Shown piece by piece: positions 1-13,821 of a stretch of DNA of 64,000 bases. Each line of letters begins with the position of its first letter. The stretch's first letter is position 1. The stretch covers positions 107,384,001-107,448,000 of the forward strand of contig NC_059428.1 in assembly GCF_021028975.2 (NCBI RefSeq). The letters are read 5' to 3'. A program made the position numbers and the translations under genes. This DNA comes from Sphaerodactylus townsendi (lineage: Eukaryota). Below the pieces are notes generated by a model. The model worked only from the letters and a program-made list of their open reading frames with translations, was not told where the DNA came from and made no database searches.

Positions 1-9
1 TCCGCGCAA

Positions 10-40
<31 letters not shown>

Positions 41-66
41 CACGCACACACGCACACACACACACA
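1..66. repeat. (CACG)n/(CA)n compound microsatellite
   Basis: Directly visible. Confidence 0.9.
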
Positions 67-1068
67 AAGCGTGAGAGAGAGTTATTGCACTGTAGGAGAT
101 ATAAAGAAATGTTTTTTTTATCACTTTATTTTGTGAATTTCTACACACTTTTCAAACACAAACATGAAATTACTATATAAACTGGAAGTACCTGTTTGAG
201 GTTTGTTTGTTTTTTGGTAGCTAAAGTCCATTCCATGGTCAGGAAAAGAAAACTCCAGGAAAAAAAATATTTCAAAGAAATAATTAGCAAAGATGGAATA
301 AGAGCCACATACACAAATAGAATCAGAATCATGTACACAAATTCATTCTTCCCTGTTGTCTTCTTCTTAATATTTAGAATTATTGTCTTCTTAATATCTG
401 GAATGAGTTTTTTATACATATGGAATAAGTCACACACAACAATCACTTCCTTGCATTATGCCGAGACAGACATAATCTGTTGTAGAAGAAAACACTGTTT
501 TTAGTACTGAGACTGTTCATCACATTCCATAAAGTCCAGAGAGCTTGGACCTTATTTTATCAGCAAGTGGTAAAGATATATCATGAATCAATCCAGGCTT
601 CTAAACGTAAAATCATAATCAAGTTATGATCAGTTTTCAGTGAGTTAGATAAATTATGATTCAGCTTTCCATGTCGTTTTTTTGGGGGGTGGGGGGTTGG
701 TAAAGTCTGGAACCCTCTGCAAAAATGGATTCAGTATTACTTGATTGCAAGTTAGTGGGAAGTTCAAGAGAAGAGGCTGCATTGTGTTCGCCCTGCACTC
801 TTCCTCCAAAATTGTGATTCGTGATGTGGCTTTTCATATGCCAGGAAGGAGACATATGAAAGCAACATGAGACAAAGAGGCAAAGCTGGAAATATCTAAT
901 TTTGCTCCATAAATTCTGGTTGAGTCCTAGGAACGTAAGAGGCTTTAGAATAAAAGGTAACTGTGCTATCTTGTCTTCCCTTGTGGTTTCCACATACCGA
1001 TTTTAGCTGGTGAGTTGTGCCCATGCAGGAACAGTTAATCTGTGAAAACCATAACATATACATTTGCT

Positions 1069-1550
1069 TATAGAATCATAGAACTGGAAGAAACCACAAT
1101 AGGGCCATCAAGTCCAACCCTCTGTCATGCAGGTATACACAATCAAAGCACCCTTGACAGATGGCCATCCAGCCTCTGTTTAAAAATCTCCAAAGGAGGA
1201 GATTCCATCACACTGTGACACTGTTTATTTCACTGTAGAAACACCCTTACTGTTGGGAAGTTCTTCCTGATGTTTATGTGGAATCTCTTTTATTGTACTT
1301 TGAAGCCTTGTCCTAGTCTCTGGAGCAGCAGAAAACTTGCTCCATCTTCAACATGACATCCCTTCAAATATTTAAACATGACTATCTTTTCACCCCTTAA
1401 CCTTTTCTTCTCCAGACTAAACATACCTAGCTCCCTAAGCTACTTCTCATAAGGCATGGAATCCAGATCTTTTACCATTTTGGTTGTCCTCCTCTGGACC
1501 CATTCCAGTTTGTCAATATCCTTCTTGAATTGTGGTGCAGAACTGGGCAC
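1069..1550 (-). mobile_element. CR1 LINE 3' fragment
   Basis: Begins atagaatcatagaa, the reverse complement of the CR1 (ATTCTATG)n tail. Followed by typical CR1 3' motifs (gccatcaagtccaaccc, tggccatccagcctctgtttaaa, ttcttcctgatgttt). Confidence 0.8.
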
Positions 1551-4500
1551 ACAGGCTCCATATCTCCCACTTCCTTATTTTTTATATTTATTGAAAATTG
1601 ATGGTGATAGTGATTTTTATATTATGTATGATTTGGGTAGTTTTGTCCATCCTTAGTCATCTCTGTGACCTTATATGTCATTTTAACCCACAGACCTGTC
1701 ATTCTGAAGAACTGCAGTATCAGCAATGGATAATTTCTCAGTGCTTGCTGAATTATTTCACCCAGAAGAAAACAGAGATCCTCACCAAACGAGTTAATTT
1801 GAAATGTTGTCAGTTAGGGTATGATAACATACTGGCCATCTGTTATTATATTAACTGCAGCTGTTTTGAGTTCTTTTTCTTTTATTCGGTTTCCAACTAG
1901 ACCCAAGCTGTGGCTCCTTTTCAGTACATCCTTAGAGACATAATTTCCTCAAGATGATGGTAGTCTTTAGTTTCATGCTGAGAGCCTTTAGCCCTATGTT
2001 GGACCTGTCATGTACAACCATGAAGTGTCATGTTTTGGGAGGCTCTGGCTTATCATTTATTCTAACATGGTGCTGACACTAGGAGCTTTGCGCTGATATG
2101 TATTTGATATAATAGGCAACTTATCCAGGTAGCTGCCATAACGAGGTCATAATTCTTTCAGATCCTTCTAAACGATTATACTCAGCATGCATTATTATTT
2201 GCCACATCTGACCAGGATGAACTATCTGTTCATTTTCTCAATGTGTTCAGCACTATCCATCCTCATCTTTATTATTTTTACAGTTCCTTAAAACAAGACT
2301 TTGCTTAGCAATTAAGGACAAACTCTATTTGGAGGCTTATGGTTTAGTTCTTGGATAACTTTTATTCCAGTATACCTACTGGGAAATATTTATTGGGAAG
2401 TAAACAAATCCTTCCCACTCTTTACCTTGCAGTGGTTTAAAATTCTGAGAGGATATGCTGACATATAACTTTTATTGAGTGGATCACCCCAATCACAGGT
2501 AGATGTAAACAGTGGGTTGGATTCCATCTAAAATTTGTGTGTGTGAAAGGGAGAGGTACTTTTCACAAATCCCATCATCCCACAATAGATCTCTGATTGT
2601 CCCCTAAGCTGTTCAAGGGGGGGGGGGGGCTATTATTTCTCAGGATGTATGGGGAGACATTTCAGTTTGTGGTGGGAAAATAACCTGGGATTCTATGGAC
2701 AGAAGTCATTTTGCCCAAGGAAATTCTAAGAGGATCTAAGCTGTAAATGTATGAATGACTTAAACATTATTTTAAAAATTCCCTCCCATTGGGAAGGGCA
2801 GACTATTCAGTGCCGTGTTAACTGCAGAATGTTAGACATTTCTCAAAAATCGGAGAAACATGTGAACAAAACCTGTGTCCAGAATCATCTTTACAAAGTC
2901 ATATGTAATTTGTAATCTGAAAACTAATTCCATTTTATATGGGAATTCTATCCCTTTATCTTTATTTCCAGCTTTTAGAAATCTGCCCTCCCCCAATTTG
3001 AGGACTGTTCAAATAGGTGACATGGAAACTGTTTCATCCTTCCATTTTGCAGCATAGTTTTTAGAACATCAGTTCCTAGCCCTCTCTGGATTGTTGAAGT
3101 ATGTGGTGTGGGTGTGGATCACACTACTGTATTCTGTCATGGGCGAAGCTGGTCTGCTGCTTCTGGTGTCCAGTTGTATCACTGCGCAGTAGACCTTACT
3201 TTTATTTAATTTCTCCCTGCTCAGACTCAGGGAGGCCTACAACCTCTTAATACAAGATTCACAAGTCAAATTTCAAACATAATTAATATAATACAAATAA
3301 AATAGTTTAATCAAGTTAATCAATAAACAGTTAAAATTATAAATATACACAAAATTTTAGGCATGTTGAGGAAAGCTGTCTTGGTTGTAGACTCTTTTGC
3401 TAAGGACATATTTTATTCTGTGCGTAAAAATATATGTATGTTTTTAATCAGCTGAAAGAATAATAACAACAGTGTGGATATAACCTTCTCTTTCCCTGTC
3501 TCTCTCTGAAATATGTACACTAACAGTGAAACCCTGTATTCTTCCAGCTTAGTGAAGATAATTAAAAGTCACTGAGGTAGATAAACTTGTGTGGAGACAC
3601 ACTTGAACGCATACTTCTAATTTATTTTCCAGAACAAAAGTAGAAAATAGATGCTGTCTCAGTTGCTTCAGTACCTTAACCATTGATGGAGACATCTGGT
3701 TAATGAAATTTCTCACTCTAAAGACTACTTGGAGGTTTCTTTTAAAAATGTTTCACAACTGATGAAAGTTAGTAGCTGCATGCACAGAGCTGCTAAAATA
3801 CTTCACTAACTGAGAAGCTTAGTGGGTACATGCATGCACAAAAATTCAAAATAAGATTTATTGCTTGACATAATACTCTCATTTAAGCAATATTTGTTAT
3901 TCAATTTGCCAGTAAAGTTAACAGTTTGCTCAACTTTCCAACTTCATTAATCCATACAAATTTTATTTGTTATCCAGATATACACTTTATGTAACAAACC
4001 ATTCCCTAATTCTTGCAATTGTTAGCACAATATGCATGTGCAAAATTATCTAGGGCTTTTCACTGAAACAAGCAGCTAACAAAATTAAAGAATAGACCTG
4101 TTTTCTATGAAATCTATTGCATGGTCCCTTGTTGAAAAGGAATTCAGCCTCTAAATGTTACACATGTACATCTGACCAATTGCCACATTTCATTATGGTT
4201 AGGAAGGAATTTTCGCTCCATCAGATTGATTAATGGCCTGCAATGCTTTGGAATTTATTTGCCTTCCCCTGCAGAGTAGAACTCAGCTAACTTATGTGAG
4301 TCAACTGGAGCTATTTCAGCTACATTTACCTTCCGAGAGGAGGGCATCAAACTTAGATCTGGATTGCATAATGCTGATGAATGAATGGAATGGATGGAGT
4401 TCGGCATGAAGATTTATTGTTCTCATCCTACTCTATTGTCCATTCAGAGATTACACGCAAGGTTAGCAATCATTTAGAGATCCCACTAGTGAACTGTCCT

Positions 4501-5039
4501 TATAAGTGCCCAGAGATAGCTGTGGCGGTCAAGAAAAATTTGAAACCTAAGCTTGGTAAATCCCTCAACTTATCTTCACTTAAACAGCCAATTTAAATGA
4601 TCTTTCTTCAATGATGAATATGTTTCAATCTTAATATGAGCATTATGGATCAACAGGAAGGAGTTAGCAACTGTTCTTAATTCGCACGTTTAAAAAGAGC
4701 GTAGTAGAGTCCAATGCTTAACATTCTCATTGATCCATAAGAATTACCAGAGCAGAGTCCACTTTGCAGACATAGACCCCATCCGGTGGAGGGGAAATCC
4801 ATCTGTGGGAGCGGTGTGTGGCTGCTCCAGCAGATTTGTCCACCCCGGGGCACTTATCCTGGCAGAGGGGCAATCTGGCCAGTGTAAAGCAGCCACACCC
4901 CTCAGCAATGGACTGTGGCACTGAATGCCATGCCAGCATAGAGGCTCCTCGGCAGCGGGGAGGTTGATTGACTTTTCCAGCCTCCCTGCTCTGCCAGGAA
5001 GCCTGTTGGGTGGGGGGGGGGGGCTGCCCAGCACCCAGC

Positions 5040-5150
5040 TCATGAATGGGGCTGTAACTTGTCATGAAAGGGGCTGTAACTTGGGTATACCTCTTGAATT
5101 AAACCAGTCATGAATTGGGCTGTAACTTGGGTATACCTCTTGAATTAAAA
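5040..5150. repeat. Local tandem duplication (~47-bp unit, catgaa..ggctgtaacttgggtatacctcttgaattaaa) at a MITE end
   Basis: Two full copies and one partial copy directly visible. Confidence 0.8.
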
Positions 5151-5717
5151 AGAGGATTTTCTGCAAAATTGATTGTTACATGAAAATTAGAACTTTGTAG
5201 GAGTGTCAGTTAAATTCAAATGTTAGACATGTTTTTTAAATTGCATCTCATCCATGTGCCATGTTGCCCAAAAAGATGTTGAAAATACAGCCTTCAAGCT
5301 CTCTACACTTCTTAGAAATCCCAAATGCTGAAAGTCAGGGGTAAAAACACTTGATCTTTCATGAAGATATGAAACATATAAAAGTGAGGATTTAGAGCCA
5401 TCAAATGTAAACACACTCTCGTGTATCATTTAGTGATGAGAAATACAGACTAAAAATAAGGACTGAGATCCAAAGAATCACACAACTAGTTATAAATGTA
5501 AAGTAGGGTTTGGGTTTATATTTCAGGAACAACAGGTGCCCCATTCCTCATGGACACCCCCTGCCTTTGAGGACTGTGAAAAGCACTTTGTGAGATGGTG
5601 GAGAAAGGGAGAGATCTACAGTTCAAATAAAAATAGGGAAAATATTTGATTCAGACCCAAAAATGTTTGACTTGTGCCTCTTTGCATACTTGTCCAAAAT
5701 GTTACAAATGCAAACTT

Positions 5718-5932
5718 TAGGGCTGTCACCTCCAAGCTAAGAAATTCCTGAAGATTTTGGAGGTGGAGTCGGAGCGGGGTGGGGTGGGAAAGAAAGTGAG
5801 GTAAGCAAAGTACATCACCATACCGTTTACCCCCCAAAGCAGCCATTTTCTTCAGGGGAATTGATTGCTCTTGCCTAGAGGTAAGTTGTAATTCCAGATC
5901 TCTAGGCTGCACTGGGAGGTTTAGCAACCCTA
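5718..5932. mobile_element. hAT-like MITE, TAGGGTTGCCA-TIR family
   Basis: TIR-like ends tagggctgtca...tagcaacccta. Shares the gcagccattttct(c)cagggga core with copies at 8.2-8.56 kb, 21.0 kb and 56.2 kb. Confidence 0.65.
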
Positions 5933-6906
5933 GGAAAATAGGTATGTGAGAGTGAAAATTGATTGAAAGATCAAAGTTTATTTGTATTTTAAACAGGAAG
6001 TTTTTAGTTTGAGATTGAGAACCAGCAATGCTTAGGTGGAGACATGAAACATAAATGAACTTAATGTAGTTCTACCTGTGGAAGATCTTGTGCAAAACCC
6101 AGCACTTTCCTCACTACATATTACACAGTGCCCAGAAACTGCTTGCACAGGCAGAGAAGTTGGAATACAAAAAAGCTGGCCTCTGTACAAGCAGCCAGAA
6201 CAGACTTTTAAAAAGATTGCCAGTTGTATAAGAGCTTTAGTGCAAGTGGGATTTTGTGCTGGATCGTATCCTACATTATTATTGGGGGCCGGGGTGGGGG
6301 TCCTCTCTTTTGCCTGTTAAATTTATTCAGTCAACTAATTTTTATTTATGACTGTTACCAAACAAATTCTACCCAGTTACCAACCAACGAAGGGTGTGAT
6401 CCTGGCAATTCAAACCACTGTTTGCTTGAATTCAATAGAAGAGGAGGATCCTATACCCAAATACCTCCAGTTGAAATACTGGAATTTAACAGTACTTAGG
6501 ACTATGCCACAGCTTAAAAGTATTACAGAAATACATCATTACTCCCTCACTTAGCACCTTTGAGACTGGCTGGTTCAAAAATATCTTATAAATAAATGAA
6601 TAATGCAGAGCCAGGTTTCAGTGTTCAGAATCTATCAGCAAGGCCTCGCGTCTTTGTACAGACACAGGGCTGGCCAGACTAAATTTCCACTCACACAAGG
6701 CATTTCTGCTAAAGAAACCAAATTTTCCTGTCTATCCCCTCCTGCTGCAGCCCACTATTCTGCATGAAGTGCCGCTCCTGGGAGGGGGAAGCAACCCTCA
6801 GGACCAACATGAAAGGCATCACAGAGGTATCTGCAATCAGAGGTGGCTTGTTGGAAATTACCGCTCCCCTTCCATTAGTAGAAAATTCAGTATAACTCCA
6901 ACCCAC

Positions 6907-7060
6907 TAAGGTTGTCAGCTCTGGGTTGACAATTCTTGGAGGATTTGGGAGTCGAGCCTGGGGCTGGGAGCGTTTGGGAAAGGGAGAGACCTCAGCATGG
7001 TAGCAGATCAGTTATAATTCTGGAGAATCTCCCGGACACAACCAAAGGCTGGCAAAACTG
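6907..7060. mobile_element. hAT-like MITE, TAGGGTTGCCA family, perfect 8-bp TSD CAACCCAC
   Basis: CAACCCAC at 6899-6906 and 7061-7068; degenerate TIRs. Confidence 0.75.
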
Positions 7061-7770
7061 CAACCCACAGGTCCAGAGGCATCCTGCAGTAATAATTTCA
7101 GCATGATTACTACTTCCACCTGCTCCACACACGCACCACACTCCCCCTGCTGTCAAGTTGCCGCTTTCCTCGCCACCACCACCACCTCATAGGACTTGCA
7201 CCATCTGTCTCCTTCCTCGCACTGTCAATATTGGCTGATGAAGTACAGACACACAATTAGGTATGCAATTCTCTCTCTTTAAATAGCCATACAGAATCCT
7301 GCAAATTTTGCAATCAACACCTTCATGGTTTCTAAGCCAATTATTCAGACTTTTCACTTCTAGAATAATATGTATTTCAAGTTGACATTTAGATAAAACC
7401 AGTTCAGGGAATAAGGGAATTTCAGAAGCGTTTTCTTAGGCTTAACAAGGGTTATTTGTTTAGAAACACTGTTGGTTGCTTACCTGCTGTACCAGTGCTG
7501 CTCACATTCACTGCATTTACCCTGGAATGTAATTGCCATAAGAATTTATGAAAATGTAGGTGATAAGTATCCCCTAGGAAACTGGGAACACTACACACAT
7601 CACATCACAGGAGGCAAATGCGAGTTGTTATGATAATTTGCTGTATAGAGTGATACTCTCCAGTCAGTATGCATATGCTGCAGGATTTGCATACAGGAAA
7701 AGGAATTCTGAAGAACCAGTAAGACAGTTCTCCCTGCCCACCATTCTTGAATACAGTTGAACTAATTGAA

Positions 7771-8070
7771 CACACATGAACACATGAAGCTGCCTTATAG
7801 TGAATCAAACCACCAATCCTCAGAAATCAGTATTGCCTAGTAACAGTTCTCCAGAGTGTCAGGTAGAAAGGTTTCCCATCACCAGAGGCGTAACTCCAAG
7901 GGGGCGGGATGGTGGTGCATGACGCACTGGGTGCATGCCCCTATAGGGTGTGGCGAGGCGCTTTCCCCCCTTGCTATGTCTCTGCCCATCACCCACCACC
8001 TGATTCTTTTAGCTGGAGATTGAACCGGGGGCCTTCTGCAAGCAAAACTCTACCACAACTGTGTCATAGC
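7771..8070 (-). mobile_element. Squam2-like tRNA SINE interrupted by a hAT-end fragment (CAGAGGCGTAACT at 7882)
   Basis: Reverse complement of the family also seen at 30555-30750, 21760-21900 and 51250-51325. Confidence 0.5.
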
Positions 8071-8346
8071 ATCTTCAGTGTGACCCTTCTTAAAATGCAA
8101 CCCCAAACTCCTTTGCTTTTTGGGGTAGCCAGCAGTTGGCATCCTGAAGACCATAACTGACATGCTCATATGTGAGGAAACAGTCCTTTGTCCTAGGCCA
8201 GGGGTCTACAATGTGGTTGACTCCAGAGCAGCCATTTTCTCCAGGGAAACTGACCTTTGCCACCTGGAGATCAGCTGCAATTCCCAGAGATCTCCAGGCT
8301 CCAGTCTACTTTAAGGTTACAAGAACATGGACCAGCATGGCCAGAT

Positions 8347-8565
8347 TAGGACAGTTGACAACTCCAGGTTGGGAAATACCTAGAAATTTTGAGGATGGAG
8401 CCTGAGGAACGTGGGGTTTGGGATACGAGGGATTTTAATGGGGCATAATGCCATAGAGTCCACTTTCCAAAGCAGCCATTTTCTCCAGAGGAACTGATCC
8501 CTGTTGCCAGGTGATCAGTTGTAATAGTAGGAGATCTCCAGTCATCACCTGGAAGTTTACAACAG
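8347..8565. mobile_element. hAT-like MITE, TAGGGTTGCCA family
   Basis: Same internal sequence as 5718-5932 (ccaggttgggaaatacctagaaatttt...gcagccattttctccagaggaactgatc). Confidence 0.6.
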
Positions 8566-8804
8566 TGACATATTGGATAATAACAACCCTATCATACTGG
8601 GTTGTTTCAGAATGACTGAGATAAGGTATGGTTTGAGCCTCTGGGAGAATTATTATATAAGTACTATGAATTATGATTGCTGTATAAATTGCTAGTGAAA
8701 TACAAACAGGTTCCATTACTTTTACTTTCTGTTCTGCGGGTAGCTTAAGTACATATCTAACATCTGCTACCACTTAGGCCAGTTGCTTTGAACAGAATGT
8801 AAAC

Positions 8805-10149
8805 CAGAGGCGTTCCTCCCATTGGGCAAAGTGGGCAGTTGCCCTGGGCGCAGCCCTGTGTGTGGGGGGGGGGGGGGGGGCGCAGGTTTGTTCGTGGGAT
8901 TTTTTAAATTTTCAGTGTTTTCCCATTTTTGGCCTGCAGAGGGTGCAGTTTTTAGGCTAGCAGCACCAGAATTGCAGGGATGTTTTGGGAGACTCTCCTG
9001 ATGCTATCCCCCAGGTTTGGTGAGGTTTGGTTCAGGGACTCCAAAGTTATGAACTTCCAAAGGGGGTGCCCCATCCCCCATTGTTTCCAATGGGAGCTAA
9101 TAGGAGATGAGGCTACACCTTTGAGGGTCGATAACTTTGGACCCCCTGAACCAAACTTCACCAAACCTGGGAGGTATCATCAAGAGAATCTTTTACTGAT
9201 ACCACCCAGGTTTTGTGAAGTTTGGTCCTGGGGGTCCAAAGCTATGGACTCCCAAAGGGGGTGCCCCATCATCCATTGTTTCCAATGGGAGCTAACAGAA
9301 GATGGGGGCTACACCTTTGAGGGTCCATAACTTTGGACTCCCTGAACCAAACTTCACCAAACCTGGGTGGTAACATTAGGGGAGTCTCATAAAGATACCC
9401 TGAAAGTTTGGTGCTGCTAGCTTAATAATTGCACCCCTGCCAGCAGGCACCTCCCAAATTTCCCCAGATTTTCCTTTTAAATCCCCCCACCTTTGACATG
9501 GATTTAAAGGGAGAATCTGAGGTCCCCAGCTTAAACATTGCAAGTGATGCTGTTTCAGGGTGGGGGAGAATCAACCCCAAAATAGCATCACTTCCAATGT
9601 TGTTTAAACTGGGAACCCCAGATTCTCCCTTTAATGTGGATTTAAAAGGAGAATCTGGGCTCCCTAGTTTAAACACCAGTGAAAATGATGCTGTTTGGGG
9701 GTGGATTCCAGCATCACTTGTTTAAACTAGGGAGCCCAGATTCTCCTTTGAAACATTGAAAGTGATGCTGTTTCCCCCAATTGGGGGTAATGGATACAAC
9801 ACCATAAAATGTTTTCATAGCAGTAATAAAACATTTTGAAAGCATTTTGAAAATGTTTTCAAAAAATTATTTCTGCTGTGTGGCATGGCTTGTTGCTGTG
9901 CTCAGATTTGTGAGTTGGGGCAAGTTCTATAATGTGATGGTGACTTTGAAACAACCTGGTGTAAAAATCATTGCTTGGTCACAGTGGGGGAGGGTGGCTG
10001 CCCATGGGGGGCACCAAACTTCAGTTTGCCTAGATACGCCACTGGGCGTAGCTACAAGGGGGGGGGGCTCGTTGCATTGGGCATGCGCCTGGGGGAGGCA
10101 TCAAAATCAGGTTTTGCCCAGGGCTCCAGTTTGCCTAGTTACGCCACTG
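8805..10149. mobile_element. 1.35-kb non-autonomous hAT element with internal tandem and inverted repeats
   Basis: Ends CAGAGGCG...CGCCACTG. 8-bp TSD ATGTAAAC (8797-8804) / ACGTAAAC (10150-10157). Internal ~195-bp tandem unit; no transposase ORF. Confidence 0.85.
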
Positions 10150-11990
10150 ACGTAAACAATGTCTTTAACAAAAAAAGAGGACACAATATTTGTGTTTCAA
10201 CTTTTTTTTTTATGGACAAAAGGAATTGCCTCTGGTTCTAAGCTCTTTGGGCTTGTTTCCTTTTTTAAAGCCAGACTTGAGGGTTCCAAAATCCATCTCT
10301 TGAAAAGTTAACAGCCAGGGACTAGTGGTTCAATATATGTCTGACAGTTAACACTACCTTGAAAGATACCCCCTGCAGCTGCAGTAGCAAGCCTGCCATA
10401 ATGTAGGTCACTCTCGAAAGGAACTGTTCCTCAGGGTGTCTGAGAGAAAAATGACAGGGAGGGGGAAAGAAAAACTGACTGCTGCAGATGTGCTTTGAGA
10501 AAATCTGACATTTGCAATTAACTGTAGTTGAATTAAACTCGGACCATTTGGGAACTCTCAACTGGTGCGCTGTACTGATTTTGAAACAAAGGCCTACAAC
10601 GGAAAGCAGCCACTTGGTTCGGAATTTTTCATCCATTGTAAAATAACCTACTGAGTCCACATCCACTCTTTTAAAACCATTTACCAGGCTTGTACACTAC
10701 AATACTGAGAAGAGGTGCAGACTTGTACGCCCCCTGGCTCCAGTGGACTTAGAATGGTGTAACTCTGGTTTTGATTGCACTGTTATTGGTGAATTCTTCA
10801 TCCATTTAGTTAGCACAGTGTGGAAAAAAAGGCTGTAGGGTAGGTGCGTTTCACTGACATACTTTTTTGTTAATTTTCCTACGAATCTCAAAGCTTCTCA
10901 TAATGTACGGAGGATAACATGGATCAGCAAATATATTGTTTCTTGAGTTGTTTACAAAACAAATATTAAATTAGTTTTACAATCAAGTCATAACTTCATC
11001 AGGCACACTCCCCATTCTTGCAGTCTTGCCACAAAAAGATGTTTAATCTCATTGAAATCAATAAGCACTTTGTTATACATCTGATTCTGAGTCAAATAAC
11101 CCTGAAGGGCTTTAAAGTTTTGAATAGAGAGGGAAATTATATAAAGATGAACAGAAACCCAGTGTAGCATAATATCTAATGGTGTAAACAATACGGCCCA
11201 AAATGTATGTTTAAATTCTCATCTCAATGGTAAACTCTCTAGTTAGGGTCAGGTTACACGCCACCATGGAGTTTATAATACTTGTCTGTTTCATAAGCTT
11301 GTTGCAAGATTGACAATGTTTATAAAATCATTTTAAATGCTTGAAACACTGTATAAAGTGCAAAGTATTATTACACAGAGCAATATTCCTGTCTTTATCT
11401 GCCACAGTGATTTTAAGCGGGGGGGAAGCTAATGAAAGATTTCTGTAGCAGTTAAATGATTAGGAAAACAAGACAATACTCTCTTTTTGTTTGTCAGTGT
11501 TGAAAAGGCAGTGCAGTGTAGTGGTTGGAAATTAGGAAATTTGTCAAATCAACTCCATATACCTGTGTCTCTATTGTTGTATTTGAGTAATCGTTCACTT
11601 TGTTTTAAGAACAGCTTTCATCCTACACACATAAACTGTTTTGCTCTCGAAGCATTAATGTGTGGGGTATTCAGGTTAAAAACTGAGGGGGTGACTGTGC
11701 TGACTTCACCAGCTGTTATTTGACTGCTATAACATGCCATGAAGGATTGAGCTGTAATTTTACCTTTGGTGTACAATTCAAATGCCCCCAAATGGAATTC
11801 TATAGCAGCTCCTCTACCACAGACCTTTCTGTGTTTGTTCATTGTTGGTGCTCTTTTACCCATTTCTTACATGATGTTGGTGCTGTGGGAGTTAATGCAA
11901 CTCAGTTTCTTCCCTTCCCACTGAGGTAACACAAAAAGTTCCAAGCTATGTGAGAGCCAGCGTAGTGCAGTGGTTAAGGTGTCAGCCTAG

Positions 11991-12522
11991 GGGAGATTCT
12001 ACATGGCCAACCTAATACAGGATAAGGAATCAAAAAACTATATTGGGGGCAAAGGTTCGCACAGAACACTCCCCCAAAATGGGTCAGATCCATTTTAGAG
12101 AGCCCAAGCCAAGTTCAATGCAGATCACTAAACAAGCAATCTTTCCTGTAACCCGGGTTTCAAATGCTTCCTGCTTGCCTGTGTGAACTGTGTGAACGGT
12201 AAGCTGTTCTCCCTTCCACCCACCATTTGGCTGGTGCCATGTTCAGATGCAGGGAGGTTCTCAGTTGCAGAGGGGGGATCTCTGGCCCCCCACCATTCCA
12301 AAGTCTCATGCTCTGGGGGGGAGATACTTTTTCTTTTCTTGTCTGGGCATGTAGCTACACATGCATCCTGGGAATGAAAAAAAAAAGCATCCCTGTGCAA
12401 AGGAGCTGCAGCATTTGCTGCCACTTCCTGAATGCGTGAACTTACGTGTGAAGGGGGAGAGAGGGAAATGGGTTAATTCATAATGAGTTACACTTGTTTT
12501 AAATGAGCTGTGCGGAAAGGCC
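11991..12522. mobile_element. PIF/Harbinger-like MITE inserted in a Squam3-like SINE (host ~11953-12610)
   Basis: 3-bp duplication TAG (11988-11990 / 12523-12525). Right end tgtgcggaaaggcc. The host tRNA head (gtgcagtggttaag...gattcaaatcccc) rejoins when the insert is removed. Confidence 0.6.
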
Positions 12523-13069
12523 TAGAGCCTGGAAAACTGAGATTCAAATCCCCACTCGCACCATGGAAGCTTTCTGGGTGACCTTGGGCCAGTCATACAC
12601 TCTCTGTCTTGATTCTGGCTACAAGGAATACCAGGGTCATTACATGGAGGCAACCAAAGGCAAAACACTTGTGAATATCTCTTGCCCTGAGAATCCTCCA
12701 GGGTCACCATAAATCAGCTATGAGTTGTCAGGGAAAAAGTGGGATGAGTCCATATTACAGCTCTTCCCACCCCTGTGTCATCCCAGGTTCGTTGGGAGGG
12801 GGCAGGGGTAAATGCTGGTAGAAGATCGAAGCACAGGGTGGAATATTCCCATTCAACTGAGGATTCTTATATAACCTTTGTGGTAGGGGGAGACGATACC
12901 CAGTAAGGGTTCCCATGGCACTATATAGTTCAAGAAACTGCTCTTATTGGAAGTACCACAAATATAGATACTCTGCCATCTGATAAAGGCTTTGCTTTTT
13001 CTTTTCTTTATTAGAAATTGTGGAAGTTTTTCTTTCTTTCTTATGGTTGCTGTAACATTTAATTTGACC

Positions 13070-13345
13070 AAATGGTTTTGAGGCCACAGTTCTATCCTTT
13101 GTAAGCTGGCTTAAAGTCACCTTCCACTTATTAGGGAAATTGTTATGGCTCATGTGAGGCCTATCTTGATTATCTAACTTCTCCAGTTCCTGTAATACCA
13201 CCTTCTGAAAAATGTTGATGGAAGGACCATCAGGCCACTTTGCAGGATAGTAAAGAGCAATTTTCAACCCAGAGATATCTTTTGCAATTGGAGGCTTTCT
13301 ACATTCGTAAGCTACAATCCATTTACCCCTCTGGTCTTAACTCCA
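13070..13345 (-). mobile_element. Degenerate Penelope-like retroelement ORF fragment
   Basis: Minus-strand peptide ...GLKIALYYP...INIFQKVVLQEL...HNN...LSQLTKDRTVASKP resembles the region just before the K(P)ADKG motif of Penelope-type RTs. Recalled similarity only. Confidence 0.35.
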
Positions 13346-13821
13346 ATTGGGAATCTAACTTCATTTTTGTAAATTCATTTTTGTGATATGTACATGCTGT
13401 AACTATTGTATGTTGTTTAATATTCCATTACTTTAGCATTGTAAAGTCTCGGAAATTGCGTTTAATTCCCATCTGAGCCTAATTGGTTTACTGAAGATAT
13501 TTAAAGAAAGTGTTTCTCTTTTCTGATAAGATGGAGGCAAGCTATTTTGAGACTGTGTATAAGCATTGCCTGTCTGAAGGTATTTTCTTTGAAACTCATT
13601 TATTTTCATTTTTACTTTAATTGAGCTGTGCAAGCATAAGATATAGTTATTGCTTATGACTTTCTTATAGATAAATAATTTAAGCCCTTTGAAGGGATTT
13701 TCCAAAGTGGGCATTATGAAAAATCCCAGCAAGGCGTTTTGCTTGAATTCATAACAGCTGCTGCGTTGACTGGAGATTCATTCCCTGATAACACAGCCTA
13801 CAGCAGCTGCAAACTCAACAC

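Noticed and set aside
8864-8880. Long poly-G/poly-C runs (also ~2617, 27591, 53981) as G-quadruplex elements
   Set aside because: Homopolymers mostly inside TE relics and prone to slippage or sequencing error; no evidence of function.
8950-9780. Regularly spaced repeats resembling a CRISPR array, with ORFs on both strands
   Set aside because: Vertebrate DNA, non-unique spacers and no cas genes; the repeats are internal to a hAT element.
11953-12560. Possible tRNA genes (A/B boxes) here and in other SINE heads
   Set aside because: These are tRNA-derived SINE heads without a complete cloverleaf, and this one is split by a MITE.
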